Shown here: piece after piece, positions 21,566 through 32,595 of the stretch | Position numbering within the stretch: position 1 is the first letter of the stretch | How the letters are laid out: each line of letters starts with the position of its first letter | DNA from: Ascoidea asiatica JCM 7603 | Taxonomy: Eukaryota > Fungi > Ascomycota | NCBI GenBank assembly: GCA_001600695.1 | Contig: BCKQ01000002.1 | Span: 2,298,151 to 2,362,150 of the forward strand | DNA: 64,000 bases | Direction: 5' to 3' | The notes under the pieces: generated by a model | The model's database searches: none | Told to the model about the DNA's origin: nothing | The model's input: the letters and a program-made list of their open reading frames with translations, nothing else | Program-made: the position numbers and the translations under genes

Positions 21566-21789
21566 GTAATAATAATGATAGCGATAATGAAGTTGTACCT
21601 TTAAGAGATGGACAATTATTAAGATGTGCAGAAATATGGGATAGAATTACTGCTCATCCAAGATATTCTGATTTAGATATTGATGGATTATGTTCAGAAT
21701 TAAGATTAAAAGCAAAATGTTCTGAAAAAGGTGCTGTTGTATCTTCAACTGATTTCAATAGAGTTATAAATAAAATTACTAAACCATAA
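19879..21789 (+). CDS. YAP1: AP-1-like bZIP oxidative-stress transcription factor (Yap1/Cap1/Pap1)
   Basis: Basic region KRTAQNRAAQRAFRERKE plus zipper; FTFEFPW; n-CRD FCSQLSLACGTKDCPVPK; c-CRD CAEIWDRITAHPRYSDLDIDGLCSELRLKAKCSEKG. Confidence 0.96.
21484..21564 (+). repeat. (AAT)27 coding microsatellite (poly-Asn) in YAP1
   Basis: Uninterrupted AAT run just before the c-CRD. Confidence 0.95.
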
Positions 21790-22187
21790 TTAATTTTTGT
21801 TAATTGTTAATTGCTAATTGTTATTTATTATTTATTATTAAATGTGTATTTTTTTGGTTAATCGGATTTTCATCTTTCATCTTTCATCTTTCATCTTTCA
21901 TTTTTCATGTTTCTTTTTTTTCATTTCTCATTTCTCATTACTTTCAATCTTGATTAATTTTTATTATTTCTATTATTTCTAATATTTTTTATTAATTTTC
22001 ATTCATTTATTTACTTACTTTTTAACTATCTATTATGTTATACCATTTCTTATGACCTTATAAAGAAACTTCAAACTTCTTTTTATAAGATTTTTGTAAC
22101 TTATTATATAATTTTATATAATTTTATTTTAAAAAAATCTATAAAACTTTAATAAAAATTTAATAAAAATAAATTATGTGAAATTAA

Positions 22188-22315
22188 TTATTCAATTAAT
22201 AATTGAAAATTAGAATAATTAAAATTTCCAAATTTATTTAAAAATTTTAGAATGAATATAAATAATTTTATTTTATTAGAATTAATTTTATTTCTATCAT
22301 TTATAAAACTATTAC

Positions 22316-22355
<40 letters not shown>

Positions 22356-23303
22356 ATTATGATTGATAAGAATTTCAATTTTTTTCTTATGATTTGATGA
22401 AAAAATTGAATATAATTTTAAAAATATAATTAAAATTAAAAAATTTATGAATAATTTTTTAATTATTTTTAATATAACTTTCTTAAATTTAAATATTATT
22501 GTTGATGAAAAAGATTTTAAATCTAAAAGGAAATTAAAAAGTATAAACTTGAACTTATTTTTATTTCTGTTTCCATTGTTATTGCTATTATTATTATTAT
22601 TGTTATGATTGTTATTGATATCACTGATTATAGTATTTGTATTTAAATTTGAAAATGTTTTATTTCTTTGATTTTGAGAAAGTTTTGTTGGAAATTTAAA
22701 ATTATTAAAGTTATTATTCAAATTAGTACTCATATTTGATAAATTTGGAGAAGAAATGAATTTTTTTTGATATGGAGATAAATTATTAAAATTATTAGAA
22801 TTATTAAAATTAGTATCTTCAGAATCTAAGATTGAAATTGAATTATATAAAAAAGGTTCTTTAATAGAATTTGAAATATTATAATTTTTAAAACTTTGTG
22901 GAGAAGAAGAAATTTCATTAATTGGAATATTTTTAATTTGATCAAATAAATATTCTAATTCATTTAATAATTCTCTTGCTTCATGAGTATCAGAAGCATA
23001 AGTTTTCATAGTTTTAATTAAATAAAAAATATAAATTTTTTTTGCTTTAGTTTTTGAAAAACCTTGATAAAATTTCCAAGCATCCCATTTTGTTTTTGTA
23101 TTTTCATCAAATTTTGAATTACCTAAAGGTCTATTTGGTAAAGTATAAATTATATCACCTTCAGTTGCTTGTTTATATAAACCATATAATTTAATTCTAT
23201 TTTCTATTGGAGGTCTTGGTAATGAACCATAGCCAGATCTTGTTGATAAAAGTTTTATTGTTTGAATTGCTTGATCAAATACTTTATCTATAGAATCTGA
23301 CAT
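22188..23303 (-). CDS. ATG37: Peroxisomal membrane acyl-CoA-binding protein (pexophagy factor Atg37/ACBD5-like)
   Basis: MSDSIDKVF...LPRPPIENRIKLYGLYKQATEGD...KWDAWK...YASDTHEARELLNELEY ACB domain; C-terminal hydrophobic segment. Confidence 0.85.
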
Positions 23304-24253
23304 TTTTAAGATTAAAAGTTAGAAAGAGAAAAAAAAAAAAAAAAGTGATTAAATAATCTATTTATTTCATTATTTTTCTTTAATTACTTGATTAAATTAG
23401 TTTCAGGTGATTAAATTTATTCTGAATGAATTCGATTGCCTTTGGTTTATTGATGAATGACTTGTCGATTGAAAATGTTTATTAAATATTTATTTACCTT
23501 TCTAATCAAATTCTCAGCGTTAAAGTCCCAGAAGCAAGAAAAAGAGCCATAAACAGTTTAAAACTGTTCAAATATAAACAATTCAGAATTCAGATTACAA
23601 CAGCGTTAAAAGGGTTTCAATGGCGAACTCCAGCGGTTGAAGTCAAAAAGTAGCCTAAAAGGGAAATAAGTGGAAAGAGCCTTGCAACAGGAATAAATTT
23701 CAATTTCCTTAATGAAAGAATTGAAGAATTAAAGTAATAAAAATGAAGCAAATGGAACAGTCAGCCAATAAATGAATGAAGAAATATTAAATTAATAATC
23801 AAAATGAAGTGAGTGAAGAAATAATGGGTTATATGGGTCAATTCAAGGGGTATTTATAAGTATTTTGAATGGAGTAGGAGAGGGGGGTATGAAAGAAATG
23901 AATGTAACAATTATAATAAAATCTAATTCTAAATTATTAAATTGAATAAAGAATTAGATAAAAGAATTGATTGAGATTTAATCTTGTTTGAGCCAAAATA
24001 GGAACATTAAGTAATAAAATAAGTAATGTTAAGTTCCAGAGTGTTGTCAAACTGATAAATAGCTAAGTAGCTATGTAGTTAGTTAAGTAGGTTAATTAAG
24101 TTAAAGAATTTTACAGTTTTAGAATATTGAATATTAAATATTTAATATTAAATTTATGATTAATATATTATTAATAATATAATTTGATGATTTTGTGTTT
24201 TTATAATTTTGAAATATATCCATTAAATAAAGTATTTTACATAATTATTAAAA

Positions 24254-24853
24254 TTATTTTTCAGGAACTGAATTGAGATAAAAAAAAAAAAAAAAAAAGT
24301 TTGTTAGTAAATTTGAATTCAAAAATAATTTGAATGAATTAAGTAATTAATTGGTGAGAATATACATACTTTCAACTTCACCACTGTTAATTCCATCAAT
24401 TATATCATGAGGATTTTGGCCATCAACACGACAACCAATAGATTGAGCAGTACCTAAAATTTCTTTTGTAACTGAAGCTAAACATTTACCAAAAGATTTT
24501 TCAGTCATAGTTCTAGCTATTTCAATAACTTCATCTAAAGTAATATTACCATTATGTTTAACATTTTTAACTTTCTTTCTATCTCTTGGAGGTTCTTTTA
24601 AAGCAGTAATAAGTAAAGAAGAAGCAGATGGAACAACAGAAGCTTGAGCTTGTCTATTTTGAATTTTTAATTGAACAGTAACTTTAATACCTTTAAAATT
24701 TTTTGTTGCTTTTGCAATATCTTCACCAACTTTTTTTGGTGATAAACCTAAAGGACCAATTTTTGGAGCTAAAGCAGATGAAGCACCAACTTCACCACCA
24801 ACAGCTCTTAAATATAAATATTTAACTTCAGAAGGATCAAATTTTGGAGGCAT
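24254..24853 (-). CDS. RPL12: 60S ribosomal protein uL11 (L12); exons 24853-24370 and 24267-24254, 165 aa
   Basis: [36 protein letters not shown]; splicing restores the C-terminus GEVEIPEK and the usual 165-aa length. Confidence 0.97.
24268..24369 (-). other. Spliceosomal intron (102 nt, phase 1) near the 3' end of RPL12
   Basis: 5' site GTATGT (24369-24364), branch point TACTAAC (24309-24303), about 19-nt U tract (24298-24280), 3' site CAG (24270-24268). Confidence 0.93.
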
Positions 24854-25163
24854 TATGAGATATGTGAAAGATAATGAAAAATATAGTATTTAATGATATA
24901 TAATATCTACTTTTTTTTTTTTTTTTTTAATTCTTCTTCTTCTTTTAATAATATATTTCAATTTAACTATATTAAATTTAATCAAATTTAATTCTATCAA
25001 AATTATCAATGAACAAACAATAAACAGTGAATAAGAATTTAGCACTGAGAGTTGTTAGTGATTTCCTTACAGCGGTACATTGGTAAAGTGTTTAGAATGG
25101 TTAAGTGGATATTCAAGCCAGTGGTACAGCAGTTGGAGTACGAATACTCGTAAAACGGGAAAA

Positions 25164-25673
25164 ACCCGCAAATGTGTTCCTGAAGAGAGCCACTCAGGCT
25201 GCTAAAGCTGTTTGGGCTCACCAGACAGGAACAGTATGAGAACCCGTGGGAAGTTTGCAGTGGTTGTAAAATCACAGGTACGATACAAGTAACCCGCAAA
25301 TAATCTTTTTTTCTCTCAATTCCATACTGTTTCGAAGCGAGTAGTTCCCAATTGCACCAATAACAATATCTAAAGGCCCCGAATGACTGTTGGAATAAGA
25401 TGATCCCATAATACAAAACATACCCACAGTGGGCATCTTCCATTCAGACAGACGGTAAGAGACCCGCAAAAAATCCAAGCTTGAAAAAAATTGAAGAAAA
25501 GTGAAAAACAGAGCTCATCACGGGATCTTTGGATGTGAAAAGTAACACCGATTCCAGTTTGGGAACTACTTGGTGCTGTTACTCGAAAATTGAAATATGT
25601 ATTAGAAGCCCAGCAAGGATCACGTGCTGTCGCTTAGGGCTATTATTTATTTTTTTATTTTTTTAAACCCTGA
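25164..25673. promoter_or_regulatory. RPL12 upstream region with Cbf1 and Tbf1 sites, PAC-like and RRPE-like elements, and a repeated ACCCGCAAA
   Basis: TCACGTG 25620-25626; TTAGGGCTA 25634-25642 with an inverted AAACCCTGA 25665-25673; GCTCATC 25513-25519; TGAAAAAAATT 25482-25492; ACCCGCAAA at 25164, 25292 and 25462. Confidence 0.65.
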
Positions 25674-26153
25674 ATAGGACAAAATAATTTTAGGTCAATA
25701 AATATATAATTCAGGGCATGCTGTGTCCTAATAGTAAAACCTTATTTGGGGTGGTTTGATTCCAACACGTGCTTGTTTTTCTATTCCGACCGAGTGATTA
25801 TTTACTTTACTTTTGGGCATTCAGTCCGAGGTTGGATATTACCTGTTTTGAGCATGCTTACAAAGTGAGTATTTTGTAATTCTGAGAAACTTCTTCCATA
25901 AAAACTAACTTTAAAGATCTAGAAAATAAATAAGAATTAGAATTAAACAATAAAATTATAAGCATTTAATAATAAATCATAAATAGTAAATAATAAATAA
26001 ATAAATAATAACTAATAAAACATATATAAAATAAAATAAAATAACATAACAAATAAAGAATAATATCATCCTTTGATAATATTCTATTCCTATCTATATA
26101 TATATATATATATATATATATAACATTATCATATTTATATTAATTAATTTGAA

Positions 26154-26538
26154 ATGAAATTAGAAGATGCTCATGAATTCTTTGCTAACAATTTTACTGT
26201 TCAAGGAGAAACTGTAACTAATGAAACAATGGATTTTTCAATTGATTTTCTTGGTGAATTAATAAATTCAACAACTTCATTATCTAATATTGATACTTCA
26301 AATTTAAATTTAAATTCAAATTCAAATTCAAATTCAAATTCAAATTCAAATTCAAATTCAAATTCAAAATCTTATTCCCATTCTCATTCTCATTCTCATT
26401 CAAATTGTGATAATCAATCAAAATCTCATACTCATTCTCATTCTCATAATATAAGCAATGATCAAGAATTCAGCAATAACCATATTAATGATGATAATGA
26501 TGATGACGAAGAAGAAGAAGAAGATGATGATGAAGATG

Positions 26539-26584
<46 letters not shown>

Positions 26585-26929
26585 AGAAATCGATGATGAT
26601 GAAATTGATGAAAATTCAATAAAAGCAGAAATTTTAAATAATTATTTCTTAAATTCAGGTAATTTAAATCTTGATCAAATGTCAATAAATACAATAACTC
26701 AAGTTAGTCAAATGGCATCAAATTTATCAAATTTAAGTAATTTAAATAATTTATCAAATTTACAAAATTTAACAAGTTTACAAAATTTACAAAATATTAC
26801 TAGTATTTCAAATATTTCAACTTTAACTAATTTACAACAAGATTTAGATAAACATTTTATATCTTCAATGAATTCAATTAGTTTATCAAATCTTAAAAAT
26901 ATTAAAAATCAAAAAATTAAAAATAATAA

Positions 26930-26980
<51 letters not shown>

Positions 26981-27908
26981 GAATAAAAGTTCCATTAACT
27001 TTAAATCCGTGAATTCCATAAATAATAACACTAACACAAACATCACCGCTACAAATAGTACAATTAATACTAATACTAGTAATAATACTCGTAATAATAC
27101 TAGTAATAATAACGGAGTAAAATTTAATACTGCAAATAATAATTCAATTTCAAAAACAAATGTAAAACAATTGAATGAATCTAAATCAATTACAAAAGAT
27201 AATATTATAAATAATAACATAAGTAATAAAGAAAAAGAGAAATCAAAAGAAAAAGAAAAAGAAAAAGAAAAAGAAATCATAAAAGAAAAAGATAATATAA
27301 AAGAGATTATAAAAGAAAAAGAAATTTTAAAACATAAACAGGATTTACAAAATAATTCATCATCTTCAAATAATTTAATAAATAATATATCTTTTAATTC
27401 AGATAATTCAAATATAAAATCAAATACAATTATAAATAATAATAATTCTTCAAGTAATACTAATACAATTAAAAGTAAAAGTAAAAGTTCAAAGAAGAAA
27501 AATAAAAAGAAAATAAAATCTTCAAGTAATAATCAAAAAACAATTAATAATACTAATAATAATAGTAATAATATGAATAGGAATACGAATAGTAGTGGAA
27601 ATTGTGGTAGTGGAATATATTGTTTATTTTGTGAATATGAAGTAATTTATGGTAGTAAACCAATAAATTTAATTAAATGGTATGAAAATAGACTTAGATA
27701 TCAAGAAGAATTTAAGAAAAAAAGAAATCAAAGAAAAAGAAATCGTAATATTGGTAATAATTTAAATTCTAATGATAATGAAAATTTACAATGTGATTGT
27801 AATGAATGTTTAAAAAAAAGAAGAGAATTTGTTGAAAAATTATTACCAAATTTACCACAAAATAATATTAATATTTCTACAAGATCTCAAACAAGTAATA
27901 TTAGTTAA
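26154..27908 (+). CDS. Low-complexity protein with an Ibd2-like C-terminal Cys motif
   Basis: YCLFCEYEVIYGSKPINLIKWY resembles the Ibd2 C-terminal CLFCEYYMVFGEPPRNMIKWY; the rest is N/S/H/K/E repeats. Confidence 0.6.
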
Positions 27909-28231
27909 ATTTTCATTTGTCTTTAGGATTTACAATATACAATATATATATGTATGTATATATTATTTAAGTAATAAAAGAAATGAAATTTTATTAAATT
28001 TGTAAAACTATTAAGTAATTAAAGATTAGATTAAACAGTAAATTATATTAGATAATTATTAGATATTAGATTAATGAAGATTAAGTAAGTAAGGTATTAT
28101 AAAACAAAATATATATATATATATATATGAGATATGAAATAAAAGAGATTAAATTAAGTTAAAAGGTAGAATAAGATGAGTAATGTAGTAAGTATAGTAG
28201 TAATTTAGTAATAATACAGAATAATTTAAGA

Positions 28232-29314
28232 TTAATTATTTTTTTTAATTTCTATACCATTATTATCAAAATCATCTTCATCACTTGTAGTACTAAAACA
28301 ATTTTTATTTTGTTGTTCTTGTTCTTGTTGTTGTTTTTGTTTCATTAATCTTTCATTTTTTTTAATTAATAAATTATTTTGTCTATTTTTTAAATATTCT
28401 TTATATTTTTTTAAAGTAATTTTTTTTTGATTTTTTTTATATTCTTCAATACCTTTAAATCTAGTATTAAATATACCATCCCAAAATATAAAAAAAGGTT
28501 GAGAAAAATTAGTTTTTATACCAAAATGTTGATGATGAATATCATGATATAAAGAATTATTTGGAAAAATTATTTGAAATGGATCAAAAGGTAATGAATA
28601 ACCACAATGATCATCAACAGTTTTTATAGTTGCAAAAGTATATAAAAAAATACATTCTCTTTGTGATAAATTTGTTAAAATTGAAGAAATTCCAGTACCT
28701 AAAGTATCTAAAAGGAAACCTTCTATAGGATTATTATATAAAGCACCAAAAGCATATGGTACATATAATTTATGATGACGAGAATGAAAATTTTTATATA
28801 AAAATTTATTTAAATGCATTAATCGATGTAAAAAAAATTGCCAAGTATCAATAATAATAAAAGCAATAAAAATTTTTAAAAATGAATAAAAATAATTATA
28901 ATAAAAGAAAATTAAAGAATTTGGAAAAATTGGTAAAAATTTTTTAATTTTCCACATTTGATAATTTTCATAACCTGTCATTTGAATTGGATTAATTTTA
29001 TAAAATAAATAACCAATAATTGATTGAATAAAATGTTGAAAAATTACTTCAATTATAACATTTGATAAAGAAACTTTATTTCTTTTTAAAACTTCATTTG
29101 GTGGATGAATTCTATACATTTCAGCTAATTGATTTTTATCAATAATATAAAAAATAGTTGAAATTAACCAATAAAATAATATTGGAGATATTAAAGCAGT
29201 TATACCATCTGGAATACCATTAATTAATTCTGGTTTTGGAGATAAATAAGTTGAAGGTGGAATTGAAGTTAATAAAAGAGTATTATTTGAATATAATTCT
29301 TTTAATTGAAACAT
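28232..29314 (-). CDS. SUR2: Sphinganine C4-hydroxylase
   Basis: His boxes HRLMH, HSRHH, DDHCGY and YHDIHH; LYVPYAFGALYNNP; NFSQPFF. Confidence 0.96.
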   Translation of the reverse strand: MFQLKELYSNNTLLLTSIPPSTYLSPKPELINGIPDGITALISPILFYWLISTIFYIIDKNQLAEMYRIHPPNEVLKRNKVSLSNVIIEVIFQHFIQSIIGYLFYKINPIQMTGYENYQMWKIKKFLPIFPNSLIFFYYNYFYSFLKIFIAFIIIDTWQFFLHRLMHLNKFLYKNFHSRHHKLYVPYAFGALYNNPIEGFLLDTLGTGISSILTNLSQRECIFLYTFATIKTVDDHCGYSLPFDPFQIIFPNNSLYHDIHHQHFGIKTNFSQPFFIFWDGIFNTRFKGIEEYKKNQKKITLKKYKEYLKNRQNNLLIKKNERLMKQKQQQEQEQQNKNCFSTTSDEDDFDNNGIEIKKNN

Positions 29315-30227
29315 TTTATTAAGTTATTATAGATTAAGATTTATTGAAGAATGAATGAATAAATGAATGAATGAATGAATGAATGAATGAATAGAATGTA
29401 AGTATGTATTTGAATAATAATGAGGGATAAAATTGTAGTATTTATATAAAATTTTTTAATTTTTTTTTTTTGAAATAATGAGAATGTTAAAATGATTTGT
29501 AATTGAAGTAAAGTGATTAGAATGAAATATTTTAATGAAATAGTTCAATGAATTAGTTTAATGAAATATTGAAATATTGAGAATATCAGTTGATTGATAA
29601 GAGGAGTTAAGTGTTTTTAGATGGGAAAGAGAATATTTATATCATTTTAAAAGAATAATAAATAATAATAAGTAATAGTAAATAATAATAAAAGGGTAGT
29701 GATAATAGTAATAGTATTTAGTAGGTGTGACAGTTGTGGCAGCAGAAGCAGTGAACAGTAAATAATAGTAGTAAATAGTGCTAACTTCTGTACTGCTGTC
29801 ACAAGCTTACCGACCCCCAAGCAATTACTGCTAACGTTACTACCACAGTACTGCTACTACAACTATCTCTGAGAATCCAGTGAGAAGTGCGTAGTAAGTA
29901 CAGTAGTAAGTAGTAGCAGCAGTAGTGAAGTGAGCAGTGGAGCCACGGATCCGAGTCTCCCGCAGCGCCACACGGGCACTTTCAAGGCGGCCACACGCCA
30001 CACGCCACACACAAAACAAGTACAGGACAGAGACCAGATACACGGTCGCCCTTGCTTGCTTTTTCCATGCTTACTTCCTTGTTATGTAATCATCGGTTCC
30101 CATTGAACCCATTTGAAACCACTGATCTGGGTATTCTTGAATATTACTACTGTTTTATATATTTTATTCATTTTGTTCTATGTACACCAATATCAATTAC
30201 ATTTGTAACCATTTACCACTTTATCAC

Positions 30228-31145
30228 TTATATACTTGCATTCTTCAAATTACTTTTATTCTTATTGCTCATTAATATTGCATTGTCTTTACCACTGGTA
30301 CTTTTACTATTACTTTTACTATTACTTTTACTCTTACTTACAACTTTCTTACCATTGGCTTTTCCATTGGATTTACCATTGGATTTACCACTAGTTTTAC
30401 TTTTACTATTCAATTTCTTAATTGGTTTACCATTTTTATTAGTCTTTGTAATATTTTTAATTTTACTTTTAATAGCTTTAATACCTTGTTTAACTTTATT
30501 ATTAGAATCTTTTAATTCTTCAACTTCTTCAACTTCTTCAGCTTCTTCAGCTTCTTTATTTTTTTTAAATTCTTTAAGTGAATTTTCACTTAATTGTTTT
30601 AATAATGGAAATTCTTCTCTTGGATTAATAATTTCTAATTTTTCATGTTTAACAAAATTTAAATTCCAATATTTATCATCTCCTTTTCTCCATAAATTTT
30701 CCCAAATTATTTTACATTTTTTAATTGGTTTTAATTCTTCAATAATTGTTGATAAATCTGCAATTGCTTCTTGTGAATATGTTGGTCTATATTGTCCTGA
30801 ATACCAAATATTTCCAAATTCATTCCTTTTTCTTAATAATCCATTCTCTTTTTTATGACTAATTTCTCTCATATATCTTAATTTAATTAATCCATTATAT
30901 GCTTCATTACTAATTTTATAATTTGAAAAATTAACAATTGCCATAATACGCCAAATATCTAATCTTTTATTTGGTATTCTATTTTCCCAATTTGGTCTTG
31001 GAAATAATTTTTTAATTTGATAATTACTAAAATTTGGTATTTGTGAATAAATAACTTGTCCACTTTCTAAATTTCTAAATAAAAAAATTTGTGGTCCAAA
31101 TTTATTATTCTCTAACCATTTTCCTGTACGAAATCTACTCGCCAT
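30228..31145 (-). CDS. MHR1: Mitochondrial homologous recombination protein / mitoribosomal mL67 with a basic C-terminal extension
   Basis: PQIFLFRNLESGQVIYSQ, RPNWENRIP..RLDIWR and GNIWYSGQYRPTYSQEAIADL. ATG at 31145 (the track starts at GTG 31154). Confidence 0.92.
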   Translation of the reverse strand: MASRFRTGKWLENNKFGPQIFLFRNLESGQVIYSQIPNFSNYQIKKLFPRPNWENRIPNKRLDIWRIMAIVNFSNYKISNEAYNGLIKLRYMREISHKKENGLLRKRNEFGNIWYSGQYRPTYSQEAIADLSTIIEELKPIKKCKIIWENLWRKGDDKYWNLNFVKHEKLEIINPREEFPLLKQLSENSLKEFKKNKEAEEAEEVEEVEELKDSNNKVKQGIKAIKSKIKNITKTNKNGKPIKKLNSKSKTSGKSNGKSNGKANGKKVVSKSKSNSKSNSKSTSGKDNAILMSNKNKSNLKNASI

Positions 31146-31172
31146 TTTACCCACTATTCTATTTCTACTTTA

Positions 31173-31209
<37 letters not shown>

Positions 31210-31345
31210 GTAAGGATATTGCTAAATAGATATATGATTATACTCAATAGATATTATATAGATATTAAATAGATATATTAATTAAATAATATGTCTGCGA
31301 CTGTTTAAATCTTTTGATCAAATTTAATGAAAAATATACTAATTT

Positions 31346-31353
31346 CCGGGTAA
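31346..31353 (-). promoter_or_regulatory. Reb1-type site in the MHR1/MRP1 bidirectional promoter
   Basis: CCGGGTAA equals TTACCCGG on the minus strand, near the middle of a 361-bp AT-rich spacer. Confidence 0.6.
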
Positions 31354-31429
31354 CCCATTTACTTTTTTATATTCACCGTATAATAATTTATTAAATTTTT
31401 CAATTTCAATATATCTATCTATCTCTTCA

Positions 31430-31463
<34 letters not shown>

Positions 31464-31506
31464 TAATGGAATATAAAATTAAAATAAATATAAAAAATTT
31501 ATAAAA

Positions 31507-31711
31507 ATGAGTAAATATTTAAATAAAAATTTATTATTCAATTCAAATATTTATTCAAAAAGATTTTTACATTCTTTACCACAAATTAAACATATTGATG
31601 AATTTAAAAATATTGGTATAAATGGTTTATTTTCAAAAAATGGTTTAAATAATATTTGGTATAATAGAGCTCAATATTATATTGATAATTTAAATAATTT
31701 AATTCAAAATG

Positions 31712-31758
<47 letters not shown>

Positions 31759-32595
31759 TTTTTAAATAATCTTTCAATTGATTCAATTATTCAATTATAT
31801 TCAAAAGATTCTTCAAAAGAAAAAATTTTTAAAAATGCTTCAATTTTATATAATTTAAATTTTTTTATGAATTCAATTAATATTATTCAAAATAATAATT
31901 TAATTAATATTCCAATTAAACAAAATTCAAAAGATTTTTTAAAAACTCCAAATTTAAATTCAAATTTATTAAATATTCCTCAAAATGAAAAATTAAAAAA
32001 ATGGATTATTTCTTCATTTGGTTCAATTCTTGAATTTAAAACTTTATTAATAAATTCTTCTTTAGGTATTAAAGGTGATGGTTTTACATGGTTAGTTGCA
32101 AAAAAAATGAAATCTGAAAAAGAAAATGCTTTTAATCATTTATATATTATTAATACTTTTAATTCTGGTCAACCAAATGATTCTCATTCAATACATTTAA
32201 ATAATTTAAAATTATTAAATGAAAAATTAAAAATTGAAAAAGAAAAAGAAAATGAAAGTCAAAATTTAGATTCAGATTCAGATTTAGATTCAGATTCAGA
32301 TTTAGATTCTGATTTAGATTTAGATCTAGATTCTTCTTCTTCTTCATATTCAACTTCTTTATTATATAAATCTTTTGATGAAGCAAGAAATGATTTTTAT
32401 AATTCTCAAAAAAATGATTATGTACCTTTACTTGCAATAGATTCTTCTCCAAAAGCTTATTTAACTGATTATGGTGTTTTTGGTAAAAAACTTTATTTAG
32501 AAAGAGTTTGGAATGCAATTGATTGGAATTTTGTATTTAATAGACTTCCACAAACTATTGTATCAAATGAAATTAATGAAAATTATAAATTTTAA
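31507..32595 (+). CDS. MRP1: Mitochondrial small-subunit ribosomal protein mS43 (SOD-like fold)
   Basis: Presequence; WIISSFGSILEFKTLL..S.LGIKGDGFTWLVA; YVPLLAIDSSPKAYLTDYGVFGK..YLERVW..IDW...RLPQ. Confidence 0.9.

Noticed and set aside
25039-25478. 134-aa and 68-aa ORFs upstream of RPL12
   Set aside because: They lie in a GC-rich promoter island with few stop codons, their codon usage is unlike real genes here, and no homology is recognisable.
25444-25521. Possible C/D snoRNA on the minus strand (GTGATGA...CTGA, 78 nt)
   Set aside because: No convincing terminal stem or rRNA guide; the sequence is better explained as PAC- and RRPE-like promoter elements.
25714-25773. tRNA-like segment with GGTTTGATTCC (B-box-like) and weak terminal pairing
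   Set aside because: The invariant TTC is missing and there is no room for an anticodon arm; at most a degenerate B-box.
29398-29848. Plus-strand GTAAGT/GTATGT with downstream GCTAAC...CAG resembling an intron
   Set aside because: It is antisense to the SUR2 upstream region, has no host ORF and non-consensus branch points; likely chance.
30052-30858. 268-aa hydrophobic plus-strand ORF
   Set aside because: It is the antisense shadow of the Lys/Asn/Glu-rich MHR1 frame, starts at TTG and has no recognisable motif.
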